From positions 1-64,000 of IMG/VR virus record IMGVR_UViG_3300037246_002669: a stretch of DNA of 64,000 nucleotides; one strand, given 5' to 3'. The position numbers and the translations under genes were made by a program. The notes below the pieces were generated by a model, which was given only the letters and a program-made list of their open reading frames with translations, was not told the DNA's origin and ran no database searches. Shown here one piece after another: positions 48,301-58,184 of the stretch. Origin of the DNA: a virus. The first letter of the stretch is position 1. The number at the start of each line of letters is the position of its first letter.

Positions 48301-49140
48301 AGCCCCTTCATTAGGATCACGGCAGGCACACTCACTTGCCCGCAATGTATTAGACATATCAAAAGAAGGGGGGCCGGGAAGCCACTCAATAGGATCGGTT
48401 TCGAAATGGCGAGGGGCTTCCACATCAGTAGCCATCCGCAGCCAGCCACCACTTGCGGTCCATGTGTAAGGAGGACATCCCCCGGTGATAGTAAGCAGCA
48501 CTCCCCTTGCAGGATCTACTTCCACCACCAGATTAGTTACGAGTTCTGTTTGGTGATATATGTCGATGACTTCGGAGTCACATTGATCGCAGCACGTCTT
48601 TTCCTTCACTTCATAAGAATCCGTGGTGACCAGATTCCCTTGACATACTTGAATGTGTGCAGGAGTAGGTTCGTGCGCATCCGGAGTGGCCTGCACTTCC
48701 ATATACTCCTTGTCATATTCTATCACCAAAACACCAGTCACAGGTCGGGATAATGACACTTTAAGTCCCTGGATTACGGGAGGGGGTTCAAATCCATCCA
48801 CAGTGCCTTTCCACCAGTACGCTATTACAGCAGTGACTAAATTACTCAGGACTCCGGTGTCCTCTTCAATGAAGACAACTTCGCAGGCGGATTCCTCTAT
48901 TTGGATCACCTCATTTACCACTATGGCCCCGTTGGTGGTACCTGCCGTGACAGGGAGTTCTGGCATATTGGTATAGTAACGAAAACGGGCAGTCTCCCCT
49001 ACGTCATAGGGAGGCCCGTTGATCCCGTTTTCTTCACAATTTTCTAAAACTGAACTTAGGTGAGCGGACAATTCAGCATAGATGTCTTCCTCTTCATCAG
49101 GAATATATGCCCGGAAAATGATGTCCAGAGTTTTCAGCAC
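45358..49140 (-). CDS. Large Cys-rich tail protein with about 10 Ig-like repeats
   Basis: Repeated GGxPPYxW...(V/I)TVTDxC units; 1260 aa. Confidence 0.75.
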   Translation of the reverse strand: MLKTLDIIFRAYIPDEEEDIYAELSAHLSSVLENCEENGINGPPYDVGETARFRYYTNMPELPVTAGTTNGAIVVNEVIQIEESACEVVFIEEDTGVLSNLVTAVIAYWWKGTVDGFEPPPVIQGLKVSLSRPVTGVLVIEYDKEYMEVQATPDAHEPTPAHIQVCQGNLVTTDSYEVKEKTCCDQCDSEVIDIYHQTELVTNLVVEVDPARGVLLTITGGCPPYTWTASGGWLRMATDVEAPRHFETDPIEWLPGPPSFDMSNTLRASECACRDPNEGAEGSVTVTDDCGTDCIVRIQISKLCCVGDLKVDRSYLPVEIHDNPESVDFVGVLPVDGPTCTGYSWSVEEGSGVEFRDHDTGPVVCLHRSDAELCGPIVVRCEDECARVCDIPVTEIPRNTCCIHYSSPEPSSESVFEVEYKAERGEEYRVDFRGGKPPYSWEVTPGAPGWVLKWPSTSAPTNYITPSSVKCIEPTCSVTLTDACDQTASITVEVDEQEFKWYPDNPTEFPPSGSAIFRVVGGALDIIWELSGSDDFHIVSSDPENPETGPLPVGREVTVVADDPCSAASGGFDLAATDACESQLNCHVTSEPLEFKWHEDTWTGTYGFGYAELYLENGVPPFQWSVVSGDGHIVTLETWDRHNVVFRDICAEGNITVECEDACFDTISTTLNVPESLPIECSDSNPELIAPNASEDISIIYGTGPFTWEVSGGNCTLAHVTTSYRTNILHAPSGCTGAEGEEVTITVTDICDDSVSCTVQLGGNPQFAASPGNPSKFPSSAGVSVGTVGGKKPLNWSVSAGFNVAFAQTMGNTNYITLDGTCSQYDICEVTVTDACNTEVVFTVQPPEPKVVVKGPKTIFHGISKAVSVRGGMEPFEWDLSGSGFELAEPDADGRINTIIPNEDCSISDQITVTATDDCDESDSLAIQVEGEDGPLVLSSSSDEVSALQVVKLLLEGSGRPPYEWSATNGFEFDMPITNRTTNKMHGTEECTEGDVTVTVVDYCEEVVDLEIPIIPIEDMVMTLPETYSGDKQGVSIVGGRPNYVWDVSDGWTLGQEVTGGQSNQIAEEDPCTELVTVSAEGACGYSDSKSMEKTLPTMEWDGPETIEGICSVHVIGGTAPLRWEVSAGFAIGSEYTGASGYNTVSTVEGYCGVAHVTVTDRCGKLAHGYILTVGGSWHWICSDGRTAGCGGAGPGFHSDTVEAGKRVVRRTQCLPNTWPDGYCASCGGFGHCASDSQCTMGTGCRKPQASLSVYEWWCD

Positions 49141-49154
49141 GATTTCTTCCTCCT

Positions 49155-49766
49155 CTACTCTTCCTCGGCGGCACCAACTGCAAATTGATAAGTGGTTTGT
49201 TTGTACTTTTCACCCTGGTCAGGAATTATCTGGCGCACTACCAGCAAAGCAGTAGCATCATACTCGTCCGGCAATACGGTAGGTTTGGGGTCGAATATCA
49301 CCATAATGGCAGTTGCCCTGGTCAGATAGGTTACTTTTACAATGCCTGTTACTACTGATGAAGTATTCGCAACCACAGAATTTGCGACAGCGTCATACAA
49401 AATGGGAGGTTGTGGCCGCATAGGTTCACAGCCAGTTATAACTTCTCCGATCCATTCCATGGAAGTAGGAGGTTCGAATGGTACTTGTGTTAATTCTCCT
49501 CCAGTTCCCTGAGTGATAGCGACTACTTCCTCAACTAATACTCCGGACGTGTACAGAATCCTGGCGGTTCCTCCTATCAGACTAACTTGCACAGGAGTGG
49601 CAAGTGGGGTTGTGTACAAGACCTCATATTCAACACCATCCACATAAGGACCTTCGACAGTAGGTTCGAGTGACGTGTGAATTTCATCTACTGTCAGAAC
49701 CCCATCATCAACTTCGATGACTGTCTTTCTAAACACTACAGTAGTTACATCGGTAATCTTTGCCAT
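49155..49766 (-). CDS. Tail tip-associated protein
   Basis: Position in tail block, beta-rich. Confidence 0.6.
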   Translation of the reverse strand: MAKITDVTTVVFRKTVIEVDDGVLTVDEIHTSLEPTVEGPYVDGVEYEVLYTTPLATPVQVSLIGGTARILYTSGVLVEEVVAITQGTGGELTQVPFEPPTSMEWIGEVITGCEPMRPQPPILYDAVANSVVANTSSVVTGIVKVTYLTRATAIMVIFDPKPTVLPDEYDATALLVVRQIIPDQGEKYKQTTYQFAVGAAEEE

Positions 49767-49774
49767 GACAGTAT

Positions 49775-50317
49775 CTACCCTCCGATTACCATAACGATCA
49801 CTGTAAACTCATCTTGCGATTTAGTTGAAATGGATAAAGAGTAGCGGGAGAAAGCGGCTTTATAATTTAAATCCAGTACTCCCAGGGCCGACTTGGAAGC
49901 AGTCACAGTGGTCCCTTCAGTGGCAATGGCCCCAAGGTTATCCCCGATCCATTCATAGTCTACAACCGACTTTATCGGTTTGGTAGCCGATACAGAATTA
50001 ACCCCGGAAGTAGTTGTAAACTGCAGTGTGTCATTGGAGGCAGCCAGTCCTCCCTCCCCCGTCACTCCACTCCCTTCGGAACGGATTGCACCCGGATCAG
50101 TGCTACTCACACTTGTCTTGATGACGATAGGCATATCTGCAGGGTATTTATATACACGAAAATACGCCTTCTCCCCGTAAAGGAATGTACTTTTTTCCTC
50201 TCCGTAGATTTCAATATGTTTTTCCGCGTCCAGTTCCACCACCAGTATTTGACCTTCTTCCAATGTTGTGGTACCGAACGTTACGACTATACTCTGTTTT
50301 GCCCCTATATCAACCAT
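49775..50317 (-). CDS. Tail tip-associated protein
   Basis: Position; shares a xxWIG motif with the 49155 gene. Confidence 0.6.
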   Translation of the reverse strand: MVDIGAKQSIVVTFGTTTLEEGQILVVELDAEKHIEIYGEEKSTFLYGEKAYFRVYKYPADMPIVIKTSVSSTDPGAIRSEGSGVTGEGGLAASNDTLQFTTTSGVNSVSATKPIKSVVDYEWIGDNLGAIATEGTTVTASKSALGVLDLNYKAAFSRYSLSISTKSQDEFTVIVMVIGG

Positions 50318-50567
50318 CGATTATGACCTCCATTTTGGCATTTTGAGACGCCAAAGATAGCACATTAAGAATCACATTCTCGCCCCCCACAACCAGTGCA
50401 TAGGTAACTTCTGAATTAACTGAGATCTTCTCATAAGATCTCGCTATTGTCAAACTGGTTCCAGTACGAATCCTGTACCGAAGGTTTCCTATATCTCCCT
50501 CAACAACTCCAGTGTGTACTTGCCGACTGTTCGGGGAATCATTTACTAAGAAGTCTATACCTGCCAT
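50310..50567 (-). CDS. Small OB-fold-like tail protein
   Basis: HTGVV...RYRIR pattern, downstream of the hub gene. Confidence 0.5.
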   Translation of the reverse strand: MAGIDFLVNDSPNSRQVHTGVVEGDIGNLRYRIRTGTSLTIARSYEKISVNSEVTYALVVGGENVILNVLSLASQNAKMEVIIDG

Positions 50568-52501
50568 TGTGTCACCTCCATAGTATGCAGTACTTTCGGT
50601 CCTGTTATCGCGACGACTACACTTTTTACCTGAAAGTTCCCCAATGCGGATATTTCGGCATCGTCTACGTGAACTATGTCCCCGTCCATTATTGAGATTT
50701 CGTAAGGGGCAGAAATAGATACAGTCTTCCGGTCATACCTGACAGTATCCAGGGCAGCAGTACCTGCAACCACTGCAATGGCTGGAGCGGCCAACAATTC
50801 ATCATGAAGGGGCGGAGCTGCCACATCCCCCGGGGGAATTGTAACATTCAGCGCCACATCTGTTTCTCCTGAAATACTCAATACTGCTAAAAGAACTTCC
50901 ACTGAATGACCCGTCAGGAGAAGGCGTTCGTACTCAGTGGTGTAAGTCAACTTGCACACTCCGTCTTGATTGTCAGGAATGGCGATTTCTCTACTGTTCA
51001 CATTAAAAACTGGTTGGCCGTACTGCTTACCGAACCACTCCACTCCCCCAGGTTCAAGAGTTTTTATCGGTCGGGTAGTTTCGCCAATGCCATTCCGGAC
51101 TATGACAGTCTCATCCTCAATTTCTTCGATGAGTCCGCTCCCGAGACCCTGAACTGTCCCATCGGTGACAAACTGCACCGGGCCTCCAGGTGGACGATTG
51201 CCTGCCCAATATAGGCGCACGTGCGTAGGTTCCCCCACATCAGGACTTTCTTCCTCTATTCGGTAATCTGGCAACTCAATCGCTGTTGTCTGACGAGATA
51301 CTTCAATCGTGTTTGCCCCTGTCCCTCTTTCGTAATCAGTGGACACAGTTATCATGTTGGATCTGTCATATCGGGCAACTGCAGCAGTCGTGGGAATATG
51401 GATGGGCCGGGCAGTAAATTTACTTCTCACAATTAAAGTGCCGTCTGGTTGTGAACGAACAACGGCACCAATGGCTTCCGCAATTTCTGAAATTCCGGCA
51501 AGTGGTTGCCCGTTATATGAATAAGTTTGAGGAAGTACCCAATCTTCGCAATCCCATACAATGACTACGGGGTCCATTCCCGAATTATCGTTCAACAGAG
51601 TGGTAGCCACTGCACTTGCGAGTGCGGGAACTTCCAATGCCAAGGCAATTTCTTCGCGGTAGGGAGCATCCCATAATGCAGACTTACTTCTTCCCCACAA
51701 ACTGAATAGATCCTCGGTACCATGTTGGTCTTCCAGTATGTAATCGTACACTTCCTCATTCAATATAATTTGGAGAGTATGCGCCCCCTCCGTAAGACTA
51801 CTTTTCCGGAACAGGTCACTGGAAATAGAAGCCAGTTCTATTTGATTGTGGATGTCGTCTTCGGTGAAGGACATGGACATGGATGTCACTTGATTTGTGA
51901 TGTCCCCTCCGTCCAGTAATATACTCCATGTAACATTCGGGGTAATAGGGATCACGTTTTGCAGGGCATTTATACTTCGCCGAGTACCTGAGATATAATC
52001 CACTAATGCCAGATCATTAAGATGACTGAATATGTTAGATATGGGATTGCCGGACATTGCATTCCTGAACTCATGGATACCCCCGACACCTTCTGATAGT
52101 GTCAGCAGCGAAGACTTCAGCCCGGTTAATTCCCCTGATAGGTTATTTGCAATAAATTGCAAATTTCCAATAGGATCTCCCTTCAGAAGAGAGGACATTA
52201 CCAGTTCAATTCCAGTAATGGCTTCCGATAGTTTATTAATGTGTACTTGTTGTCCGGAAAGATCTCCGGAAAGGGAACTTCTTATGACACGATCTCCGGA
52301 AACAGGATCGCCGTATAGTAGAGAATTGATCGCCTTGCGAAAACTACCAGTGGCCTCCAATAGACCAAGGGGGATAGATTGGTTCCCCTGCAATCCAAAT
52401 CCTACCATAATTACAGGGGAGCCACTGGTTCCTAAAGGTCGGAACACTATACGACTTCCCGTGTACTGTTCACCTGTATTGAATAAAAGTACAAGGGACA
52501 T
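50555..52501 (-). CDS. Baseplate hub/Tal-like tail protein
   Basis: ILLDG.DIT, LWGRS..A, I.EIAEAIGAVVRS.PDGTL.V, GDIVHV.D. Confidence 0.7.
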   Translation of the reverse strand: MSLVLLFNTGEQYTGSRIVFRPLGTSGSPVIMVGFGLQGNQSIPLGLLEATGSFRKAINSLLYGDPVSGDRVIRSSLSGDLSGQQVHINKLSEAITGIELVMSSLLKGDPIGNLQFIANNLSGELTGLKSSLLTLSEGVGGIHEFRNAMSGNPISNIFSHLNDLALVDYISGTRRSINALQNVIPITPNVTWSILLDGGDITNQVTSMSMSFTEDDIHNQIELASISSDLFRKSSLTEGAHTLQIILNEEVYDYILEDQHGTEDLFSLWGRSKSALWDAPYREEIALALEVPALASAVATTLLNDNSGMDPVVIVWDCEDWVLPQTYSYNGQPLAGISEIAEAIGAVVRSQPDGTLIVRSKFTARPIHIPTTAAVARYDRSNMITVSTDYERGTGANTIEVSRQTTAIELPDYRIEEESPDVGEPTHVRLYWAGNRPPGGPVQFVTDGTVQGLGSGLIEEIEDETVIVRNGIGETTRPIKTLEPGGVEWFGKQYGQPVFNVNSREIAIPDNQDGVCKLTYTTEYERLLLTGHSVEVLLAVLSISGETDVALNVTIPPGDVAAPPLHDELLAAPAIAVVAGTAALDTVRYDRKTVSISAPYEISIMDGDIVHVDDAEISALGNFQVKSVVVAITGPKVLHTMEVTQWQV

Positions 52502-52513
52502 ATTGAGTTCTCC

Positions 52514-53938
52514 TTACTCTGCGTACCATCCAGCTACGGTCAAGTTGTCAGGTTCGGCACCTGTGCCTGCAGGGACATCTTCCTTCCACCAAATAGGCAA
52601 GGCTGCAGGACTGGTGGTGAATGTCACGGTATCACCTTCAAGCCACGTTCCACCCCATACTGCAGAAAGTACTGTGAAATATGGGGTTCCTGATTCGGGA
52701 TTATTGGGAGCGAAATTGGAGCCGGTACTTCCAGACCCCACACTTCCTGATTTGATGCCAGCACATGAGAAGGTACTACCCGTCAGAAAAGTGAGCGTGA
52801 AATCATCCTGTTCCGTTCCCTTGTTACTCAGCGTCAAGGGATTCGTGGTATCGTCGAAAGTTCCGGAGGCAGAAGTCACTACCCCGGAGGTTACTTCCGG
52901 AGACAACTCCGCCTGGGAGACACATCCAGCAACAAAGGTGTCCGCGATGTCGTAACTGCCAGCTACCTGTGCGGCCAGTTCCACGATGACATCATTGGTG
53001 GCAGGAGTGTACAGAAAGCAGTTCTCACGATATGTGACCACTACATCCGAGGCACTGTCGGGAGCGGCCAGCCAATTGATATCGACGGTCCATACTCCTG
53101 TCGCCATATTCAACTGTCCTGCATCACAGTATCCGGAGCACAACCCGTTGTGATCCACGTTCACGGTTTTCTCCACCGCCCCGATAGTGGCAGTAACAAC
53201 CGGGAGACTCCCTTCCTGCGTGCATACTCCGTTGGTCACATTGGCCAAGGTGGTTAGCGGAAGGTTTGTGGTGGCACCATTTCCAGTGGCAATCACTTCT
53301 CCAACGGTTTCCTTTTCCGCCAACTGAATCCACTCCTCGTCGGCGGAAGCATGAAAAGTCATCACCATATCGTTCCCGATATAAATACCGTTGGGATAAG
53401 TGATATCGTCCGTCTGCGCAATTTTGAGCCATGTGTCCACGGTGTACTGTACTGAATCTCCTGCTCGCACACCGGAATCGATAGTCTGTCCCGTCAAAAA
53501 CTTGTTACTGAGATGGACGATGCCTCCATTGGTAAATTCCGCATCGTTATTTTCCATAGTAAGGGAAAGGGAGGACTCCCCTCCCTCTAAGGCAACTTTT
53601 AAAATGCCTGTCCCTACCCATGTATAGTTCCCGGTGGCCAAATCTGCCTGGGTGTCCGTATGGGTGCCCCTTGCCTGCAGAAAGGAGTCCCCGCCGTTGG
53701 ACTTCATTTCCTGAAAGTACAGAGGATCATAAGCGGGGTCGTCATCTGCATTTTCATTTGTCATAAATTCCTTGCGATAGCGGTCGAGCCCGGCGATTCG
53801 CTGTGCTTTGGATACTCTCGGAAACAAGGAATGCCGAGCACCGGATATAACTTCCGATCGTGATTTTCTCCCGCCATTTGAAGCGGAATCCGTGACCACT
53901 TCTGACTTGTAAAATTTGATGTCACTCGCAGTTAACAT
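52514..53938 (-). CDS. Tail tip protein
   Basis: DIKFYKS...NGGR...LFPRVS...RYRK.F...PIWWK..VPAG, a pattern seen in siphophage tail tips. Confidence 0.7.
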   Translation of the reverse strand: MLTASDIKFYKSEVVTDSASNGGRKSRSEVISGARHSLFPRVSKAQRIAGLDRYRKEFMTNENADDDPAYDPLYFQEMKSNGGDSFLQARGTHTDTQADLATGNYTWVGTGILKVALEGGESSLSLTMENNDAEFTNGGIVHLSNKFLTGQTIDSGVRAGDSVQYTVDTWLKIAQTDDITYPNGIYIGNDMVMTFHASADEEWIQLAEKETVGEVIATGNGATTNLPLTTLANVTNGVCTQEGSLPVVTATIGAVEKTVNVDHNGLCSGYCDAGQLNMATGVWTVDINWLAAPDSASDVVVTYRENCFLYTPATNDVIVELAAQVAGSYDIADTFVAGCVSQAELSPEVTSGVVTSASGTFDDTTNPLTLSNKGTEQDDFTLTFLTGSTFSCAGIKSGSVGSGSTGSNFAPNNPESGTPYFTVLSAVWGGTWLEGDTVTFTTSPAALPIWWKEDVPAGTGAEPDNLTVAGWYAE

Positions 53939-53940
53939 CG

Positions 53941-54318
53941 TTAAACCTCCATGAGTTTGAGCCATACGTTATTGTAATTATCCGTACCCTCCGGGTTTGG
54001 GCGACCTACGACCGGATCTGCTTCGATCACAGGATGGTTTTCATGCCGAAATCTCACAGTGTAGGTTGTACCTTCATAAACTAATGAGTAGACCGCACGG
54101 GCAACACTGGCAAGTGCCCATAAACTGTCGAGAGTAGATTTGTCAATCCATCCACTGTCATTTCCTCCCAAAAGATCAATAAGAGTACCGCCCACGGAAC
54201 TCTGTTCCCATATAATCGGAGTACCATCCATCGCGGTCTCCGTTACTGCCTTTACCGGGGCAGCGCCCGTAACTGATCGGATCAGATCCGGCAGGGTTAT
54301 TCCTTCCAGTGCTATCAT
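53941..54318 (-). CDS. Distal tail (Dit-like) protein
   Basis: Directly after the tape measure; TLPD...DG......G..I.L...W...L.LMEV. Confidence 0.7.
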   Translation of the reverse strand: MIALEGITLPDLIRSVTGAAPVKAVTETAMDGTPIIWEQSSVGGTLIDLLGGNDSGWIDKSTLDSLWALASVARAVYSLVYEGTTYTVRFRHENHPVIEADPVVGRPNPEGTDNYNNVWLKLMEV

Positions 54319-57300
54319 CTTTTCCTCCCATTTGCCAGCCCTTTCCGTTTTAGGGCAATTCCCAGTGCTGATAATACATCAGTGTTACCTGCTACTGGAT
54401 ATTCGTTTCCGTCCACATGCAGTTTCATTATCCCCATGTTTTGCAGTTCAGGAATCTCCACAGAAGTGGCACGATTAGAAGTCGGGGCCATTGCCAGTGC
54501 GGGTACTTTAACGTCCGGAATATTAAAGGCAGGAGTAAGGGGACCTCCTTCTCGTAATTTCATTATTCCTGGAAATTGACTTGCAGATACGGCCATCCTG
54601 TTGAGCATGTCAAAGAATCCCATACCGTATCGTCTAACAGCTTCTTTCCGAATCATGAACTCCCCGGATTCCCCAAGAAACGGAATCTTGTCGCCCCCGC
54701 CATAGCCGCCCCCGGTCTTTCCTCCTCCGGTAATGTCCCGCCCTGTGGAAAGTGGTCCACCAGTTTTCAAGCCGGTAGGTTTACCTGTTGTCTTGTACCT
54801 TGTGGTGATAGTGATGGTTTTACTCCGCAGTCCGTCAATTTCTCGTTTCAACTTTCTCAGGGTAGTTAGAATATTGGAAGGAGTCAGAACCACCCTGACA
54901 CGAGAAGTACTATTTTGAGGGAGAGCGCGAATCAGTTTCTTCAACTCCTTAACTTTTTCAGAACCGGTGGTCTCTGCAACAACGTCAATAGACCTGTCCA
55001 TAACGGACAGGATAAGTTCCTGCAGGTACTCTACATCGTCATCTCCTCGCACGTTAGCAACTACGGCAATTTCCTTTCCATCCGGAAGATCATCTATAAG
55101 GGTTTTCGCCTGTTTGAGATCATCTTCACCGTCCACCCTGATATCGACAGCAACTTCTGCATCTTCGATATCGTCGAGTTGGTTCGCCACTTCCTTAAGA
55201 GTCTTTGTAACCTCCCTTCCGTCCACATTAATTTTCAGTTTCTCGCCGGTCACGCTATCGGTGAATTCTTTATATTTTCCCTTAATCTCATCAAGTTTTT
55301 CGATAAGAGGTTTCTCGGAAGAGGCAGTGCCAGTAAATTCAATAACTGCCTTTAGATCTTTTTCCTCCAGGGACTTGTGAAGTGCAGTGATCTCACTCAT
55401 GGCCTTTTCGAAATCTTCTATGGAAACCCGGACCTCCACATCGCTGAGTTTCTTCGACATCTCATCCCATTTGGCCATGATTTTATTGGCGGCAGATTCA
55501 AAAGCCTCCGCGCCTTCTTCTGCGGCTTTCTTCTGCGGTTGCAGTACATTGACAAGGATCTCTTCCCGAAGAACTTTGTACTGTCTGATTGCTTTCTCGT
55601 TGTTGATTTCCAGAGGCACGACAACGGTATCTGTGCCTTCTTTGATTTCCGTTGCCTGTTGCATGATCAGGTTCTGGACTTTGTTGTAGTACTGTTGGGC
55701 AATTTGGAAATCTTTAGCAGCCGCAAGTTTACGGGCCTGAGTAGTAAGACGGGCGATCTCTTTTTCCCTACTTGCATACTGTTCTACATCGGTCATGGTA
55801 CGGCGTTTGTATTCCTGGATGGAAGTTTCCGTTGATAGGTTGAAGGAAGCAATAACCTCGCCAAGTTTCTCGGCTACCTTTTTGTAATTCTCGGCAGCCT
55901 TCATCGCCTCTTTGTAGGATTTAACAGCTTGCTTTTCGAATGACTTCAACCCTTCTTCCACATTCATCAGCGGTTTGTTCAGGTCACCTACTGCACCACC
56001 CGCCTTCTCCACTTCTTTTTGCATTTCGATGAAAGCTCTTCTCAGCGGATCTGCCAAATCTGCCAAACCAGGGAAGGCGGAAACCAGTTGGATAAAGTCC
56101 TCAACGTTGTCAGTGAGATCTATGTTCCCAATTTTTACTCCCTGTTTTACAAAGTCTTCTGCAAAACGATTTATGGCAGCCTGTGCAGCTTCGGGTCGGT
56201 TGTTGAATTCGTCCCAGTAAGCAGAGATTTCACCCTTGGAACCCATGATCTGCAATTTTACCTGCGCAAGTTTGTCTCCCAACGTACCTACGGTCTTGCC
56301 GGTTCTCGTACCACTCTCCGATACTTCCCGCAACTTTTCTGCCAGTAACTCAGCAGCAGCCGCGCCTTCTTGGAACTGTACTCTACCAAGAACAGTTTCA
56401 TACTCTTCAAGGGCCTTTCCCCCATCTTTCAATTCCCCGGTAATACTGTTGATGGATGCCGCAGCGTTACTTGCAGCAACTCCAAGTGATCCTTCGGTAG
56501 TATCGGCCACCGCTATCAAATTATCACGAAGTTTTAATGCAGTGGTCCCGAATAGGACATTGTTGCCTCTCGCGATGTCAAGGGCTTTTGTGAAGGAAAG
56601 AAAAGCATCAGCAGCATCTCTCGTTTTTGCAGCCACTTTACCTTGTACTTCAATCTGTTCATCGGTACTTTTACCCAAAATGGCAAAAGCAGCAACCACT
56701 ACGCCGACTGCGGCAGCAATGGCGAAAAATGGGTGAGCGATTATCAATGCCCACAGGCCAGCCAAAGCAGTCTTTACCACCGCAACTGCTCCAAGAGCGA
56801 AAGCTATCAATTTCGCCTTTAGAGCACCTATCACTAAGCCGAATGCCTGAAACATACCGGCTCCTTGAATCAGGAAAGTGAATCCCATTTCTGCTACAAG
56901 GAAAGCAAATGCCTTCTGCAGACTACCCACTGCGAGTGCCACAGTTCCAATGGATATCACAAGCAATCCCAGTCCCCCAATGAGTCCGGTTATAAGTCCC
57001 GCGATCAATGGAAACTCATTTGCCAAATCAGCCAGGAGGGACAAGAAATTTGAAATGGTGTTCATGACTTTCGATAAAACTCCGAGCAGGGGTTTACCCA
57101 AGGCAGTCAGTAACCCGTCCAGTGCTGACTGAAACAGCGTGAAAGATCCAATCAGGTTATCTTCCATCACCATTGCCATGGTCTTCGCAGCACCGGCTGA
57201 AACATGATTTGCCACAGTGAGTTCTGTCAACTTCTCGATAGAGACTGACATTGCAAGAGCACCAGCGGCGGCAGTACGGCGGAAAATGGCAGCAGCAGAT

Positions 57301-58184
57301 GCCAAGTCCAGGTTGGCATCTCCGAGTCTTCTCATCGTCTCAGTGAGATTTATAGATCCATCTGCATTTTTGGCAACGGTCACTCCCAGTTTATCCATCG
57401 CCTCTCTTGCTTTTTTGGTGGGATCGGATAGTGATATCATGATACCACGTAACTGAGTTCCTGCAGAACTTGCTTGAATACCGTTGTCACCCAGAATACC
57501 AATGGCGGCGGCAACTTCCTCCAGTGGTACTTTAGCGGCAGCAGCAGCCGGTCCTACGTAAACCATTGCTTCTGCCATTTGAGTGATATCAGTATTTGCG
57601 CTTGAAGCAGTGTTTGCAAGTACATCTACGACATGCCCCAACTCCTCCACTGGGAGTCGCATTGCTGACAAGATATTTGAGGCAATATCTGCAGCGGACG
57701 CAAGATCAAGGCCACCTGCGGCTGCAAGTTCCAGGGAAGGACCAATGGTCTTTATAACTTCATTGGCCGTAAATCCTGCCTGTCCGAGAAATCGCATACC
57801 ATCTGCTGCTTCGGACGCGGAAAACTTTGTGGTCCTTCCAAGTTCTGCGGCTTTTTTGGATAGGGCATCAAATTCACGTTCAGCATCGGTGGTTACTGCC
57901 AGCACTCCTGACATTGACTTTTCGAAGGTGGCTGCGGCTTTAATGGGGAAAAATGCTGCGGTGGCAAGTCCGGCTCCTACAGCCACGAGGTTTCTGCCCA
58001 TCGTGAGCAAATTATCACCGGACTGCCTTAATTCGTCTATCTTCTTTTTTGCTTTGGCTGAAGAATCCCCAAAACCATCCATTCCCTTCTGAAGACCGGT
58101 GATCCTTTTCCGCAACAACTGAAGGGAACGTTCGGCTTTATCTTGCGCCGTAATAAGAAGTTCTAACTTTGCTTGAACTGTCAT
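54315..58184 (-). CDS. Tape measure protein (TP901-type)
   Basis: FEKSMS.V.A, LGRTTKFSA.EAA.GM..L, DVLA.TA..ANT, GIQASSAGT.LR; hydrophobic middle; GEFMIRKEAV. Confidence 0.95.
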   Translation of the reverse strand: MTVQAKLELLITAQDKAERSLQLLRKRITGLQKGMDGFGDSSAKAKKKIDELRQSGDNLLTMGRNLVAVGAGLATAAFFPIKAAATFEKSMSGVLAVTTDAEREFDALSKKAAELGRTTKFSASEAADGMRFLGQAGFTANEVIKTIGPSLELAAAGGLDLASAADIASNILSAMRLPVEELGHVVDVLANTASSANTDITQMAEAMVYVGPAAAAAKVPLEEVAAAIGILGDNGIQASSAGTQLRGIMISLSDPTKKAREAMDKLGVTVAKNADGSINLTETMRRLGDANLDLASAAAIFRRTAAAGALAMSVSIEKLTELTVANHVSAGAAKTMAMVMEDNLIGSFTLFQSALDGLLTALGKPLLGVLSKVMNTISNFLSLLADLANEFPLIAGLITGLIGGLGLLVISIGTVALAVGSLQKAFAFLVAEMGFTFLIQGAGMFQAFGLVIGALKAKLIAFALGAVAVVKTALAGLWALIIAHPFFAIAAAVGVVVAAFAILGKSTDEQIEVQGKVAAKTRDAADAFLSFTKALDIARGNNVLFGTTALKLRDNLIAVADTTEGSLGVAASNAAASINSITGELKDGGKALEEYETVLGRVQFQEGAAAAELLAEKLREVSESGTRTGKTVGTLGDKLAQVKLQIMGSKGEISAYWDEFNNRPEAAQAAINRFAEDFVKQGVKIGNIDLTDNVEDFIQLVSAFPGLADLADPLRRAFIEMQKEVEKAGGAVGDLNKPLMNVEEGLKSFEKQAVKSYKEAMKAAENYKKVAEKLGEVIASFNLSTETSIQEYKRRTMTDVEQYASREKEIARLTTQARKLAAAKDFQIAQQYYNKVQNLIMQQATEIKEGTDTVVVPLEINNEKAIRQYKVLREEILVNVLQPQKKAAEEGAEAFESAANKIMAKWDEMSKKLSDVEVRVSIEDFEKAMSEITALHKSLEEKDLKAVIEFTGTASSEKPLIEKLDEIKGKYKEFTDSVTGEKLKINVDGREVTKTLKEVANQLDDIEDAEVAVDIRVDGEDDLKQAKTLIDDLPDGKEIAVVANVRGDDDVEYLQELILSVMDRSIDVVAETTGSEKVKELKKLIRALPQNSTSRVRVVLTPSNILTTLRKLKREIDGLRSKTITITTRYKTTGKPTGLKTGGPLSTGRDITGGGKTGGGYGGGDKIPFLGESGEFMIRKEAVRRYGMGFFDMLNRMAVSASQFPGIMKLREGGPLTPAFNIPDVKVPALAMAPTSNRATSVEIPELQNMGIMKLHVDGNEYPVAGNTDVLSALGIALKRKGLANGRKR

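Noticed and set aside
52032-52955. 307-aa plus-strand ORF
   Set aside because: Antisense to two well-supported tail genes; no recognisable motifs.
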